Below, in pieces: positions 38,160 through 52,256 of a stretch of 64,000 bases of DNA (the stretch's first letter is position 1; each line of letters starts with the position of its first letter). The notes below the pieces were generated by a model, which was not told where the DNA came from, did not search any database, and saw only the letters and a list, made by a program, of their open reading frames with translations. Source of the DNA: Eledone cirrhosa (Eukaryota); contig OZ024743.1 of NCBI GenBank assembly GCA_964016885.1, positions 245,458,001-245,522,000 of the forward strand, written 5' to 3'. Both the position numbers and the translations under genes were made by a program.

Positions 38160-39835
38160 AATTAAAACGCGTAAAGCAAGTGAGACAAGTAACAACAAAG
38201 AGGAAAGCTAACCGTAGATAGGAAGAGGCACAAGCTACATAGTTATTCTGTCAGCATAAGCTGGGTGAATATATGAGCGCGTAGAAAATAGACCTTTCGC
38301 GACGAAAACAATTTCCTTCTTTCTTACATTTGGATTCATCTCGAAAGGTCTATTTTCTACGCGCTCATATATTCATATATATTAAGGAATATAAAATTAA
38401 AAAAAAAACCATATAGAGGTCTAAATGAAAAAATTAATGACATAAAAAAGTAAATAAAATATTAGTGAAATCAGACAAAACCAACAACCTTTATGGGATT
38501 GAAAAAAAACAAAATATAATGACTTAATTTTAAAAGAATTGAGAACAAATTACAGAAAGGCCCCGAGTGAGGATTTATTGGATATTAATAATGATGTATT
38601 TGAAATTATCACCAATCTTGGAATAGAGCGGAAGACCGAACCTTTCATATCAAGGCAACCGCGGATAAATTTTAAAGACCATAAAAGAAATTTTGAAGAG
38701 GACTTACCTGTTAGACTTATTGCACCTTCGAAATCCGATTTTGGAATAATTAGTAAAAACAAATGTTAAAATTGAGGTCAAGGCTAAACCTATGGAAGGG
38801 CACTAGTGAAGTCATAGATTGGTTCAATAATATCGAAAATAAGAAAAATCATAAATTCATTCAAATGGACATAGCGAGTTATTACTCCTCAATAACTCAT
38901 AACCTACTAAATAAGGCGCTTTCATATGCATATACACACACGGATCTATCTAGTGATGAGATAAATATCATTTTAGCAGCTAGGCGAACCTTGATAGATT
39001 TTAATAATGATTTTTGGACTAGATCTGATAAGCAGAAGAACTTTGACATTACTATGGGCTCGTCTGATTAAGCGCAAGTTACCGATCTTGTGGGAATTTT
39101 CATCCTTAATATGATAAGTAGTAAACTGCCGGAGATTACCGGTGGTTTATATAGAGACAACATATTATTTACTGTGGTTAAACATAATAATAGTGAATTA
39201 AATAGAGTAAAGAAAGTAATTATAGAATTCTTTAAAAATTATGACCTGAAATTAGAAGTAGAAAATAACAATAAAATAGTTAATTTTTTAGATGTAATTC
39301 TTAATTTGAACTCAGGCCTCTATTACCCTTTCCATAAACTCAATTAAAACTTAAATTATGTTAGTTTTTATTCTAATCATCCGTGTCCAACAACGAATAT
39401 CCAGACTATCTGCTAATCGATCCATATTTAATAGTAAAGCTGTATATTATAACGAAGCGTTACATAAAGCAGGATATAAAAATAATATTGAGTATGTGGA
39501 AAAAATAATATTAATTATAATCGCAGTATTCATAATAATAATAATAGAAATGACTGTAAAAACAACAACTTGAGGAATAAATCGGAGAAAAAATAAGGAC
39601 TAGATCTATAATTTGGTATGCTCCGCCAACATCTTTAACTATTAAAACACCTTTAGCACATTTATTTTTTAAAGCCTTGGATAAATGTTTCCTTAGATCA
39701 CATAAGTATTACTCTATGTTCAATAGACACACAGTTAATCTAGCTTATTCAACAACTATGAATATTGCTCAAAATATTGCAAAAATAAATAGTAAAAATC
39801 TTAATTTGAACCAACATATAATTAGCGATAATAAC

Positions 39836-39877
<42 letters not shown>

Positions 39878-40121
39878 CCTGCCATGAAGTCAAAGTGATC
39901 CCGATTGTCATAGGCGCACTGGGGACTATCTCCAAAGGTTTCCAGGGATGGTTAAAGAAAATCGGCCCCTTCACGCTTTTTGGAACGCTTCAAAAGGCAT
40001 GCTTGCTTGGAACGGCAAGAACCCTCCGATACGTCCTGAATATCTGAGGCTGCAGGTAGTGGCTTGATATTCAATCCAACGGACTTTCCAGTTAACCAAC
40101 ATCAATGACTGAGATTCAAGG
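39878..40121 (+). mobile_element. 3' end of an R4/Dong-like LINE nested in an (AAT)n tract of the PLE
   Basis: EVKVIPIVIGALGTI..LQKACLLGTAR; (AAT)n on both sides. Confidence 0.7.
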
Positions 40122-41773
40122 AATAACAATAACAATAATAATAATAATAATAATACAATAGTTAATTGGAATAACAATAATAATAGTTTAAATACGAATA
40201 ATAGTAGAACACCTTTAAACAATAGTAATAATACGAATAGTATAAGTTATAGAAATAACATAGAGATGAATTGTAACTGTAGAAGGAAATCTGAATGTCC
40301 CTTACAAAATAACTACCTTGACAAGAATATCGTGTATAAATGTACCATTAAGACAAATAATAATAATACATATAACTACATTGGTGCCACCTAAGTTTAA
40401 ATATCGCTTTTACAATCATAAACATTCTTTTTCTAATCCAGATAAAAAATTTTCAACATCACTCTCACAATTAATATGGTCTTTGAAGGGCAAAAATATC
40501 AAATACCTAATTTCTTGGACTAAGTTAAAGGAAATCTGATTCCTACCGGAACGCATCCATTTCACCAAATTGCAATCATTGCAATCTAGAGACTCTATTG
40601 ATAATTACAAATTATGACAATTTAATTAATAAGAAAAATGAGTTATTAAGCAGCTGTCAACATAAGTCTGGTAGGACTTTCCAAGCCTTATACAAATTTT
40701 GTCGTTTTTATCTAGTAAATTAATCTCATTATGAGTCTCAGTATCCTTTGTTTGGATTTAGAAAGGTCATTGTTTAACTAGGAATTTCTTGATTTGTGGT
40801 TTGAAATATCTTCTGGTTTCAAAGTACTTAAATGTTTTAAATGTTCACATATGATGAACGAGTTATCTTCCTTTGTTTACATTCGTCGTAAATTATTTTG
40901 TTCTGTCTGAATAACTTGCTAAATTATATTTATCTTGAATTATGCAGTTTAATAATATATGAAAATCCTTAAAGGGAAACTATATATAATAATAAGTAAT
41001 TACTGAAGTAAATATGAAATAATAAGACTTTTGAGAGTAAATATAACTGCAACTTAATCCTGTAATTAAATGACAATCAATTATTTTATAAAGAAAATAG
41101 AATAACTCAGATAATAAATGATCTTAATATAAAAAATATATATATACTGATGGTGATATATGCATGTTTTAATAAATATCCTAATACACTTAATAATTAT
41201 TTAAATATGCTTTAAAGATAAAAATGTTTTTAAAAGTTGTAACAAAATATTTGGTGAATGTATTACTTATTTAACCTATGTATCTGACGGCTATAGAAAA
41301 TAATTTGTTTAATTTTGATATAATATATAATTAGCTTAAACATAACCAAACACAAAAGATATTAAAAATTTCATGTTATTTAATTGGTTACCTCAATTTG
41401 ACTTAATATTTGAAAACAACGGTCTGTCTAACCCCTCCCCCCCAGATTTCTTTCTTTTTTGCCGTTATTTCTTCTTTCTTCTTCTCTCTTTCTTCCTTTT
41501 TTGTCTTTTTATATATTTCTTCCCTAATACATCTATTAACTCATTTAAATATTTATGTATGTATGTATTTATTTATTTTATTTTTTTCTTGCATCTCCTC
41601 ATATTCACCCCCCTCCTTATATCCCAATCTCGCTCCACGTCCTCTTCTTTAAATTTAAGTTTATCATGTTATTATTTGTGGTATATAAATGTTGAAATTT
41701 GTTGTAATAAATCACTGCCAATACTGGAATTGAACCATCAAGACCGTTGAGGTATGTCATACATCAATTCATG

Positions 41774-41825
41774 TATTTTATCTGACGAGGACGTACTGAA
41801 AAAATAACACAGTACCTTCGAAATA
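41774..41825 (+). ncRNA. Hammerhead (family F-related) truncated in stem III by a Helitron
   Basis: TATTTTAT-CTGACGA-GGACGTACTG..CAGTACCTTC-GAAA-TA followed by Helitron TCTAT. Confidence 0.65.
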
Positions 41826-42560
<735 letters not shown>

Positions 42561-42579
42561 CATTGAGAAAAAACTTAAA

Positions 42580-43290
42580 CATTATCCAGCCATCAGAGTA
42601 TTCGGTTTATTTTCTTTACATATTGCCCAGGCATGCAGTTTCTCCACGATTAGGTCTGTTGGCGGCCCGCGTTCCAAAATACCTTATCCCGTGCAACGCC
42701 GGATACCACATACAACCCCCTCAACAATGAGGCATTCGACACCATCCTCCAGAACATTCCTTTACTAAAAACTGACCCAAGAATGAACAAAATCCTCCAA
42801 ACACAATATCATAAAGAGCAAAAGACAACCTAAATCCATAAAAAACATCCTCACACAAGCCAAAATCCAACAAACCCTCACAATGAACCCTACAGTAACA
42901 AAATGCTGAGGCCCAAATGTGGCATATGCATAAATCTAATAGAAGGTTCAACATTCCATTTTAAACAAGGACAACATTTCACAGTTAAACACAACTTTAC
43001 ACGTGCATCTGAAAACCTAATCTATGTTTTGACCTGCTCAGGTTGTCAAGAGCGATACATAGGACAAACAAAAAACAGCCTCCGACAACGTATGACCGTC
43101 CATAAATCACAAATCAAAATAGAGGAATACAGAAAGATTGCATTTAGTGAACATATCGCCAATTGTACACCCAACCAACATCCAAACTTTAAAATTTTCC
43201 TAATTTACAAATTCATAGACAACGCTACTTTCATCCAATAAGGAAACGTATTTCATTAACAAATTCCAACCTCTACTTAATGCACTAAAC
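42580..43290 (+). pseudogene. PLE GIY-YIG endonuclease remnant (family C)
   Basis: CGIC, NLIYVLTCSGCQERYIGQTKNSLRQRMTVHKS. Confidence 0.85.
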
Positions 43291-43819
43291 TTCGGACTAA
43301 ACTAAAACTGGAACGAACAATCAAACATTTACAAATAACTATGTCTCTCTAAAGAGTTACTTCCCTTACACCCTACCTAATCCTTTTTCTTAAATAAATT
43401 AAATATCACCCAGCATGAATTACACCCCCCTTGCATATTAACTCTCTAAAAAGGGAAATCATATCAAACCCCCAGTTCACCATTTGCCTCCATCATGGAT
43501 CAACGAAGCACTCTTGCTATATTAACAGATTTTGATCTCCTTATCTTCAAGAACTATGCCTGTAAATAACATAATTTTTTCTTTCACATTGACTTATTAT
43601 GCTCCACATTACGCCCCTTTTTTTCTTTTTTCTTTTTTCTTTTTTCTTTTTTCTTTTTTCTTTTTTCTTTTTTCTTTTTTCTTTTTTCTTTTTTCTTTTT
43701 TCTTTTTTCTTTTTTCTTTTTTCTTTTCACTTCATAAACCTTGTTTGTAAATAACATTATTCTTTCTGAACCATTTCTTTAACATGTCCAACACCACCAT
43801 TCTACACCAATACATATTA

Positions 43820-43866
43820 TTATCATTTGATAATGCATAATAATGCTGAAACCGGTAATAGACAAT
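43820..43866 (+). ncRNA. Possible U3:A8 hammerhead (family C), stem I degraded
   Basis: TTGATAA(43827-33)-TGCATAATAATGCT-GAAA-CCGG-TA^; palindromic ACCGGT stem III. Confidence 0.45.
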
Positions 43867-44053
43867 TATTAAATATATAAATGAATAAATAAATGCCATT
43901 GTTAATAAATAAATAAATAAACTAATACCTTAACACTTCACACAAAGTAAAATATTTCGTCTTAATCATTTTCTAACCCAGAAAAAAGAGAGAAAGAAAT
44001 AAAAAGGGAAAAAAATATTTTTTTCTTCCTAATAAACGTCTTTTTCTCCCTGT

Positions 44054-44097
<44 letters not shown>

Positions 44098-44100
<3 letters not shown>

Positions 44101-47100
44101 AAAAAGTATGACCCCGACGGGAGAGCTCAAGCCGTTTCGACGGCTATTTCTGAACTAAATTAGAATATTTAGCCTGCGAATAAATAGCCGAACTTTATAT
44201 GGGAAGATTGTAGTTGTCAAGAGGATTGGTTAAAATTTGTTGTAAACACAGATAAGTCTATCATGGCATTTGGTGGGAGGTAGGGGTAGCTGAACTTGCC
44301 TGTAGAACAATAGGGGAGTGAGTGGAGCGGTCAAGCGTTGGAAGTGATATGTATACAGCAGAATAGTGTATGAAGTGGAGGAGGGAGGTTATAGAATGGG
44401 TAAATCGAATGAGAGTCGGAGACAATAAAAGATAATAGAAAGAAATAAAAATATATAAAATTAGATAGTGAGAAATGAATAAAAAAAATCACAATGCTAT
44501 CTTACAATTACAGGTTAATAAGTTGAGAATAGAAAAAACTTGTAGAAATTGAGTAGTACCAGAACTGATACAGAATTAAAGGGATTTAACACGTCTGCTA
44601 TAAGTAGTTAGTAAAACGTATTCGGCCAATTCTATCTTAAAAATACAAGGGTGGGGGAACTGATGCCACAGAGGCCTGATGGGCTGCATCGTGGTAGGCG
44701 AAGGGGAAAAGCAGACGAGGAAGAAAATAGGGGGTGGAAGGAAGTGATAGGATGAGACAGGGGGAAGAAGAAGATAAAGAGGAAAAGAAAAGAAAAAGAG
44801 ATACATCTACCCAAGTAAGCTGGGGTTTCCCCTAACTAATTCGGCAAGTAGGGGGGTATCAGCCCTTGTTTACCCACCCGGGTCGTTATGGGGTTTGAGG
44901 GCGAGGTAAATCCTACGCAATCTGTGTTTGCATGCAGTTACCAGTTCGTCTTTCTTATTTAGGAGTTGGTCCTTCGAAAACAGCATTTGTAATGTTTCCT
45001 CCGAGCATAAGTTACACGGACGGCGTCCTCCCATGTAAGAGTTAGCTTCGGACAGTAAGCTCCAAGTGAGATTGTAGGTTATATTATTATCTTGGAGGTC
45101 CCAGATGTAGCCCGAAAGTGTAGTGGCATGTCGCCGGACGGGGTTTCGGAAAGTATGTCGGTGTTGGTAGAGCCGGGTCTTGAAGTCACACGCGGTTAAT
45201 CCTATATAAGCTTTGTTGGAGGTGTCCGTCCTCACGTTGCACTGGTAGATCACGTTACGTTCTCGGCATTTGTTGTTGAGGGGGCACGTAGATCTATCAG
45301 GGCAGTTACACCTCCTGGTCGGCTCTCAACTGATGTCTAGGTTATTTCTTCCATAGGGGTTGAGTTTTTTGTTGTTTGAGGAGACGATGTTTTGTGCGAA
45401 GTTAGGTGTGGTGCTGTAGGAGAGTTTGGTGGTGTTTTTGTTGATTATGTTGTGGTAGCGGTGTTGTAGTGGGAATTGTTTTTCGAGGAGTCTAAAGAAG
45501 ATTTTTCCGATAGGTGTTCCCACCTCGGCATTATGGGGAGGATTGAACCACGTTACGTTGCGTGAGCGGCGGTGTCGCCTGCTGGTTCCGCTAAGGGAAG
45601 CTGTGTAAAAGGATATTTCCTCCCGGAAGCCACTCCGCTTGAGGGCCAGGTTGTAATGAGGCGCGTGTTCGTCGAATATCTGCTCATTAGCGGACAAACG
45701 AGACATGCGGAGGGAGATGTTTTTAACCAGGTTATTGGTGATGTTTCTAGCATGGTTAGAGCGGCGGTGGATGTAGTGCAGATTGTCGTTTGGTTTCCTG
45801 TATGGATAGTACAGATCATTTTCGAGGTTAAGGGTAACGTCTAGGAAATTGATTCGGGTTAGGGACGTTTGTAGGGTGATTTTAAATCCCCAGTCCCGGA
45901 AGAAGTTGATTAGTTGTTTACGGACCCGGTCTGTACTACTGGGGTTGTACCCATTGAGGGTGAGGAGCCCATCATCCCGGTACAATGCACCGCCGAATGC
46001 AGGAAACATTTCGGTGAGTTTAAATAGTAGGAATAATCCTATAAGATCTGTGACCTCGGCCGAATCCGTCGCGCCCATACTGACGTCAAAGGGTGAGTCG
46101 GGAGCTCTCTTTATCCATTTAAAGTTGTCGAAAAGTAGGACTGTCTTCCTGGCGTGGAGAATGATATTTCTTTCCTGCTCAGTGATGGGTGTGAGTGTTT
46201 CGGCAAAGTCCAAGGCGGCCGTAAGGAGCAGTAAGGTAATAGATGCATAGTAACTCTCTATGTCAAACTGGATGAATTTTGTGTCTCGTTTGTCCTCCAT
46301 ATTCCTGAACCATGAGATTACTTCCTGGGTGCTGACCCATAGGCTAAGTCTCACGTTTTGCTTAACTTTTGGTATAACTCGGTCTAGGATCTTTTTACTG
46401 ATTCTCCCTATGTCCGACTTCGTTGGGTTAATAAGCCTAATGGATGTTTGTGGTCGAAGTCGGATTTGTGGTCCTTCAGTGTGAAGTAGGGAGTCCGTGG
46501 GTCTAGGGGTTCAGTGCGGTCCGCGACCCCGAGGCTGGAGGTAATTTGTTGTCCATCTCAATTTATGTCCTCGATAATTGAATGGTTAGCCTTTTTATAG
46601 GTGGAGTTTAGGCTGCTCCTGATCAGTGTGTGGTATCTGTCAGGGTTGACGAAGTAGAGGTTTCCTGTTTTGTTCGAGTGCACCATGATGTCGTTGGTGT
46701 TTTCATACTCTGTTATTTTGCTACGGAGTTGTTGTAGGAATCTGTTGTGTCTGGGTTTGAATTTAATGCTCTTGACAAGGTGGAAAATGTCGTTCTCGAA
46801 GGGTGAGAGCATAAGGTTCGGAGGGGGAGATTTGTAGGTATTGAATCCGAATCTCTCCTTGGTGTCGAAGTCCTGATTGTCGCGGTATCTATCGTAGAAA
46901 AAAGTTCTCCATCTTAATCTTTTCGCAAAAAGGTCGATTTTTTGCGTGAGCATCCGAAGGTAAAGTTTTCTCGGTGGAACTGGGATGTTCTTGGTGGAGA
47001 AGTCGATGTTGTGTTTTCGCATCGTGCGAATGAAGAAACTTGAGCTGGGTGGAAAAGTCGGGATATGGCGTGGTAGAGTCGGAAAGTGCTCTACTACAGA

Positions 47101-47490
47101 GATAGGAGCTAAATAACAAAGGAATTGTGGTAAGGAACCAGATGGACTATAACGCACTTGAGTACTCAATACTTAGGGTAGTACAATGGGAAATAGGAAA
47201 AAGTATGACCCCGACGGCAGAGCTCAAGCCGTTTCGACGGCTATTTCTGGACTAAATTAGAATTTTTAGCCTGGCGAATAAATAGCCGAACTTTCCTTAT
47301 ATGGGAAGATTGTAGTTGTCAAGAGGATTGTTTAAAATGTGTTGTAAACACAAATAAGTCTATCATGGCATTTGGTGGGAGGTAGGGGTGACTGAACTTG
47401 CCTGTAGAACAATAGGGGAGTGAGTGGAGCGGTCAAGCGTTGAAAGTGATATGTATACAGCAGAATAGTGTATGAAGTGGAGGAGGGAGG
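44098..47490 (-). mobile_element. Near full-length PLE family B, copy 1, with direct pLTRs (44098-44390 and 47194-47490)
   Basis: ORF listed separately; the terminal repeats match each other. Confidence 0.93.
44870..47022 (-). pseudogene. PLE RT and C-terminal GIY-YIG ORF, a few frameshifts
   Basis: MRKHNIDFSTKNIP start, IQFDIESYYASI, VSMGATDS, GALYRDDGL, INFLDVTL, IYQCNV..YIGLT..FKTRLYQH. Confidence 0.93.
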
Positions 47491-47602
47491 TTCTACAGGC
47501 AAGTTCAGCCACCCCTACCTCCCACCAAATGGCATGATAGACTTATTTGTGTTTACAACACATTTTAACCAATCCTCTTGACAACTACAATCTTCCCATA
47601 TA

Positions 47603-47718
47603 AGGAAGTACCCCCTTGAAAAGTTCGGCTATTTATTCACCAGGCTAAAAAGTCTAATTTAGTCCAGAAATAGCGTCGAAACGGCTTGAGCTCTGCCGTC
47701 GGGGTCATACTTTTTCCT
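47603..47718 (+). ncRNA. Type I hammerhead, U3:A8 core, extended stem II (family B)
   Basis: CCCC-TTGAAAA(47616-22)-G..GCTATTT..AAATAGC..C-GAA-ACGGC(TTGAGCTCT)GCCGT-C^(47700)-GGGG. Confidence 0.75.
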
Positions 47719-47804
47719 ATTTACCACTCTACTACCCTAAGTATTGAGTACTCTGGTGCGTTATGGTCAATCTGTTCGGCCACCCCTACCTCCCACCAAA
47801 TGCC

Positions 47805-47841
<37 letters not shown>

Positions 47842-47926
47842 TATATAACAAAGGAATTGGGGTAAGGAACCAGATGGACCATAACGCACCAGAGTACTCA
47901 ATACTTAGGGTAGTAGAGTGGTAAAT

Positions 47927-48043
47927 AGGAAAAAGTATGACCCCGACGGCAGAGCTCAAGCCGTTTCGACGGTTATTTCTGGACTAAATTAGAATTTTTA
48001 GCCTGGTGAATAAATAGCCGAACTTTTCAAGGGGGTACTTCCT
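47927..48043 (-). ncRNA. Type I hammerhead, U3:A8 core (family B)
   Basis: Reverse-complement copy; predicted cut between 47945 and 47944. Confidence 0.75.
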
Positions 48044-48268
48044 TATATGGGAAGATTGTAGTTGTCAAGAGGATTGGTTAAAATGTGTTGTAAACACAAA
48101 TAAGTCTATCATGCCATTTGGTGGGAGGTAGGGGTGGCTGAACTTGCCTGTAGAACCTCCCTCCTCCACTTCATACACTATTCTGCTGTATACATATCAC
48201 TTTCAATGCTTGACCGCTCCACTCACTCCCCTATTGTTCTACAGGCAAGTTATATATTTATATATATA

Positions 48269-48685
<417 letters not shown>

Positions 48686-48761
48686 TTCACTGCTCAGTAA
48701 TACCTCTTTCTTTGAGCTATTTAATTGTAAAAGACTGTTTGAGTTTATAACTCTATATATA

Positions 48762-48829
<68 letters not shown>

Positions 48830-49040
48830 CGTTTCTGAATTTGTTTAGTAAGATTCTTTATCTGAAAGCGTGTGTTGAAACCGATATTGTTATACTTTGG
48901 GAGGGTCATGTTGCCAATAAGAAACACACGCACCAGTTGCTTTCACTTCAATTTATTATAATAAATTTATAAATTTAGGAATTTATAAATTTCTGGTTGG
49001 TTGGTTGGTTGGTTCCACAACCAGATAGTTGTTTATATAT

Positions 49041-49084
49041 TGTCAAAGTTCTTTCGTCACACATTCTGTGACCTCTTCAGTGAC
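49041..49084 (-). ncRNA. Minimal type I hammerhead (family E)
   Basis: GTCA-CTGAAGA-G-GTCACA/TGTGAC-GAAA-GAAC-TT^-TGAC. Confidence 0.78.
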
Positions 49085-50979
49085 TGGGGATTCTTTTCTT
49101 TGTTTTTGTGCCTCTCCTTTGTTCTGTCCTACGCCATTTTGTTTCTGTGTGTGTGTTGTGTGCTCAGTCTGCGCATGCGCCACATCCGGGTGTCTGTGTG
49201 TGTTTATATTCGTTTATTTATTTGTTTATTTACATGTTACCGGTTGGTTGTTTGTTCTATGTGCGTGTGTGTTTTCATTTTGTCCTTAATTGTAAGTTGT
49301 GATGTTACTGTTCCACTCATATTTTCTATTTAATTTTGGTTGTAATTCTTTTATGTTTATTGCCTCTGTGATCTGTCTAAACATTGCGTCTTTTCTGTGT
49401 GTAGATTCTATTTTTATTTCTATGTTCTCTAATTTACCCTTATGTTCTATTTTAGCATGTTGGTAGAGTACAGATGATTCTTTACTATCTTGAAGGTCTA
49501 GCCAGTGTTCATTTATCCGTTCCCCCTATACTACGAGCTGTCTCACCTATGTACACTATATTTTTGTCTCTACATTGTCCTTCAGTACATCTTATGCTAA
49601 ATACTACATTTCTAGTTTTACAGTTAATATGGGGCTTATTTTACAGGTTATACATTTCTTATCTATACAGTGGGGTCTTTGAAAAGGGTATGTCTTGCTA
49701 ATAAGTGTAGACCAGGTACCTCCGTAAAAACACTTATTAGACTACCTGTATTAGACTACCTGTATCAGACACGGAACTCTGGATTAACACTATAGACGAG
49801 AGAGCCCAAATTCTCCACTCACACTATGCTAAACCCATGGCCTCCAAATACCTGATACTCAAAAACTCAGCAATGTCCAGTAGTGCTAAGTTTAATATTC
49901 TGATCGCAGATTTGGTACGAGTGATGAAGAAATGGAAAGACACATCCAACACTTCATCAACCGCATGCAGTTCTCTGGCTACAACCAAAGAGACAGAGTC
50001 AGAGTATACGAAGGAGCCATGGAGAAGTATAAGACCCTCATAGAACTGGACATGAAAGGAATTTGCCCATTATACAGGAGCAAATTCTGGAATAGCTTAG
50101 ATAAGGCTAGACATAAGATAGGGAAAGCCACCTCATGGTACGACAACCAGCGATACCAGAGTGTCATGTTTGTGGATGCTACCCCTGGAGGGAAATTAGC
50201 TAACCAGTGTAGAAAGGCCCTGAGAAAGACCCACTTAAAGATTAAGGTGGTAGAAAAGCCAGGAACCACCATAAAATCCCTGATCAGCAAAACCTACCCT
50301 TTTAAGAAAACCCACTGTACTAATAGGAAATGTATCATATGTAAGGTAAACCCCCGGATAAACTGTAAAACTAGAAACGTAGTCTATAGCATAAGATGTA
50401 CAGAGGGTACTTGCAGAAACATGACAACAACATACATAGGCGAGATGAAAGGATAGACCAACACTGGGGGGAACTAAAAGAACAAAAAGACGGGTCAGTA
50501 CTATACGAACATGCTAGACAACAACACGACGGTAACATAGACAACATAGAAATTAGAATAATATCTAAACATAGAAATGACCCAGCAGATAGGCAAATCA
50601 GAGACGCCAGTGAAATAGAACTTAGAAGGCCAAGACTAAACAGAAAGAATGAATGGAATAACAACAACACCCAAACAAACAACACTGACCTAAGAGAAGT
50701 ATAAATAAATAAATAAATAGATAAATAAATAAATAAATACATACACAAGCACAATAACAACAAATGCATATAAACACACACTAGTAAACATAGAATACAA
50801 TAACCAATACACAGTCACCCAATCACGAACACACATCAAACAAAACACTATACACACACGCAACCGCATGCGCAAAGAAGACAAAATAAAATAAACAAAC
50901 AAACAAATAAATAAATAAATATATAAACAGACTAAATAAAGATAGCGTAGAAATACAATGCAACGGGAGGAATCTATAG

Positions 50980-51024
50980 CACCACTGACGATGTTGCAGA
51001 TGTGCAACGAAAGAACTTTGATAA
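50980..51024 (+). ncRNA. Minimal type I hammerhead (family E)
   Basis: CTGACGA-T-GTTGCA/TGCAAC-GAAA-GAAC-TT^-TGA. Confidence 0.7.
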
Positions 51025-51285
51025 ACTATATATATGTGTTTGTGTCTATATTGTATCTGTATTATTTTTGACCGTTGGTCAGTCAATGGCAACATTGAGG
51101 ACCGAATAAATTAGATTACCGATATAAAAGACACAGAAGCGAAAAGCGAAAACCAACCAAACAGTGAGTGTGTTCTGTTATTAATTCTGGCAATATTACA
51201 CAAATATGACCCTCCCCAAGTATAACAATATTTGTTTCGACACACGATTTCATATAAAAAACCTCGCAAAACTAATTCATCGCCG

Positions 51286-51340
<55 letters not shown>

Positions 51341-51367
51341 TACATATATTTTCTACTACCATTTTAA

Positions 51368-51455
51368 AGGGTCCGTCGAGCTGCCGATTATATGGTCGGG
51401 TAAGATCGATACAATCGAACCTTGAGCTGATCAGTGGCGAAACGCGCGTCACCTA
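51368..51455 (+). ncRNA. Hammerhead-like motif with non-canonical core CCGUCGA (family H)
   Basis: GGGT-CCGTCGA-GCTGCCGATTA..TGATCAGTGGC-GAAA-CGCGCG-TC^-ACCT. Confidence 0.5.
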
Positions 51456-52256
51456 CCAATAAATGTAATGAAGGAGTAACCTATATATATATTAAAATAA
51501 CAGATTAAAGTTTAAGCAAAGAATCGCTGCTTTCACCCCTAACATAATCTTCTGAAACTGTTATTTGCTCTACGGTTCTTATATATTTGATATATATTTA
51601 TTCTTATCGAGCCCTCTTTGTATTTTAGTCTTCAAATCTATTATTATTACTATTATCTCCTTATAATATATAACCAGCAATTTCTCTGTCTGTCTGTCCG
51701 ACAGTGGAAACACGTGCGCGCGTGGTTGCTATCTCTCTCTCTCTCCAGCTATCCCTCTCTTTTAGTCTGTCTGTTTCTCTCACTCTCATTCTTTCTCTTT
51801 GTAACGCACTAACATTCCTCCCCTCTATCGCTGTGACGAATGGGGAGATGAAGGAGGAGGAGGAGGAGGAGGAGAGAGTCACTTCGTCACTTCACCTCTG
51901 CCTTTCTTTCTCTCCCCTCTCACTCCCTCATTACGTACAGACATTAGGGCGGTGGATTGGCAGAATCTGTAGAGAGTCGGACACCATGCTTCATAGCATG
52001 GAGTTACGTCCCTTTACGGTCTGAGTTCAAATACCGCCGAGGTTAACTTTGCCTTTCATCCTCACGGGGTCGATAAAATAAAGTACCAGTAATGTACTGG
52101 GTAATTGCTGGCCTTGTGTCAAAAGTAGAAACAATTATTAGAATCATTGCTTCATTTTTACATATCTAAGCATTAGTAAAATAACTAATAATTTCAAAAG
52201 TAATTTTTCAATTCCAATTGTTATGAACAGCAAAACATTAATAATAATTTTGTTCT

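Larger units (their letters stand above)
37513..38298 (-). repeat. Tandem direct repeat, 538-bp period (about 1.45 units), each unit carrying a permuted hammerhead
   Basis: 37513-37760 repeats at 38051-38298; an inverted piece follows at 38299-38375. Confidence 0.9.
38380..41825 (+). mobile_element. Decayed AT-rich PLE (RT, GIY-YIG, 3' UTR ending in a family F hammerhead)
   Basis: FKDHKRNF, RLIAPSKSDFG, IQMDIASYYSSI, MGSSD, GLYRDN, NFLDVILNL, CNCRRKSECPL, FKYRFYNHKHSF. Confidence 0.9.
47491..48250. repeat. Alternating inverted pLTR copies of family B
   Basis: 47491-47810 is in + orientation, 47847-48155 in - orientation, then about 48150-48250 is + again; (TA)n at the junctions. Confidence 0.88.
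48890..51235 (+). mobile_element. PLE family E: inverted diverged 3' segment (about 48890-49705, -) joined to a 5'-truncated + copy (about 49770-51235)
   Basis: HYAKPMASKYLI, MFVDATPGGKLA, CKTRNVVYSIRCTEGTC..YIGE. Confidence 0.85.

Noticed and set aside
44870-47022. Selenocysteine recoding or an active PLE
   Set aside because: The breaks are frameshifts at positions that differ from copy 2, not shared in-frame UGA codons, and no SECIS was recognised.
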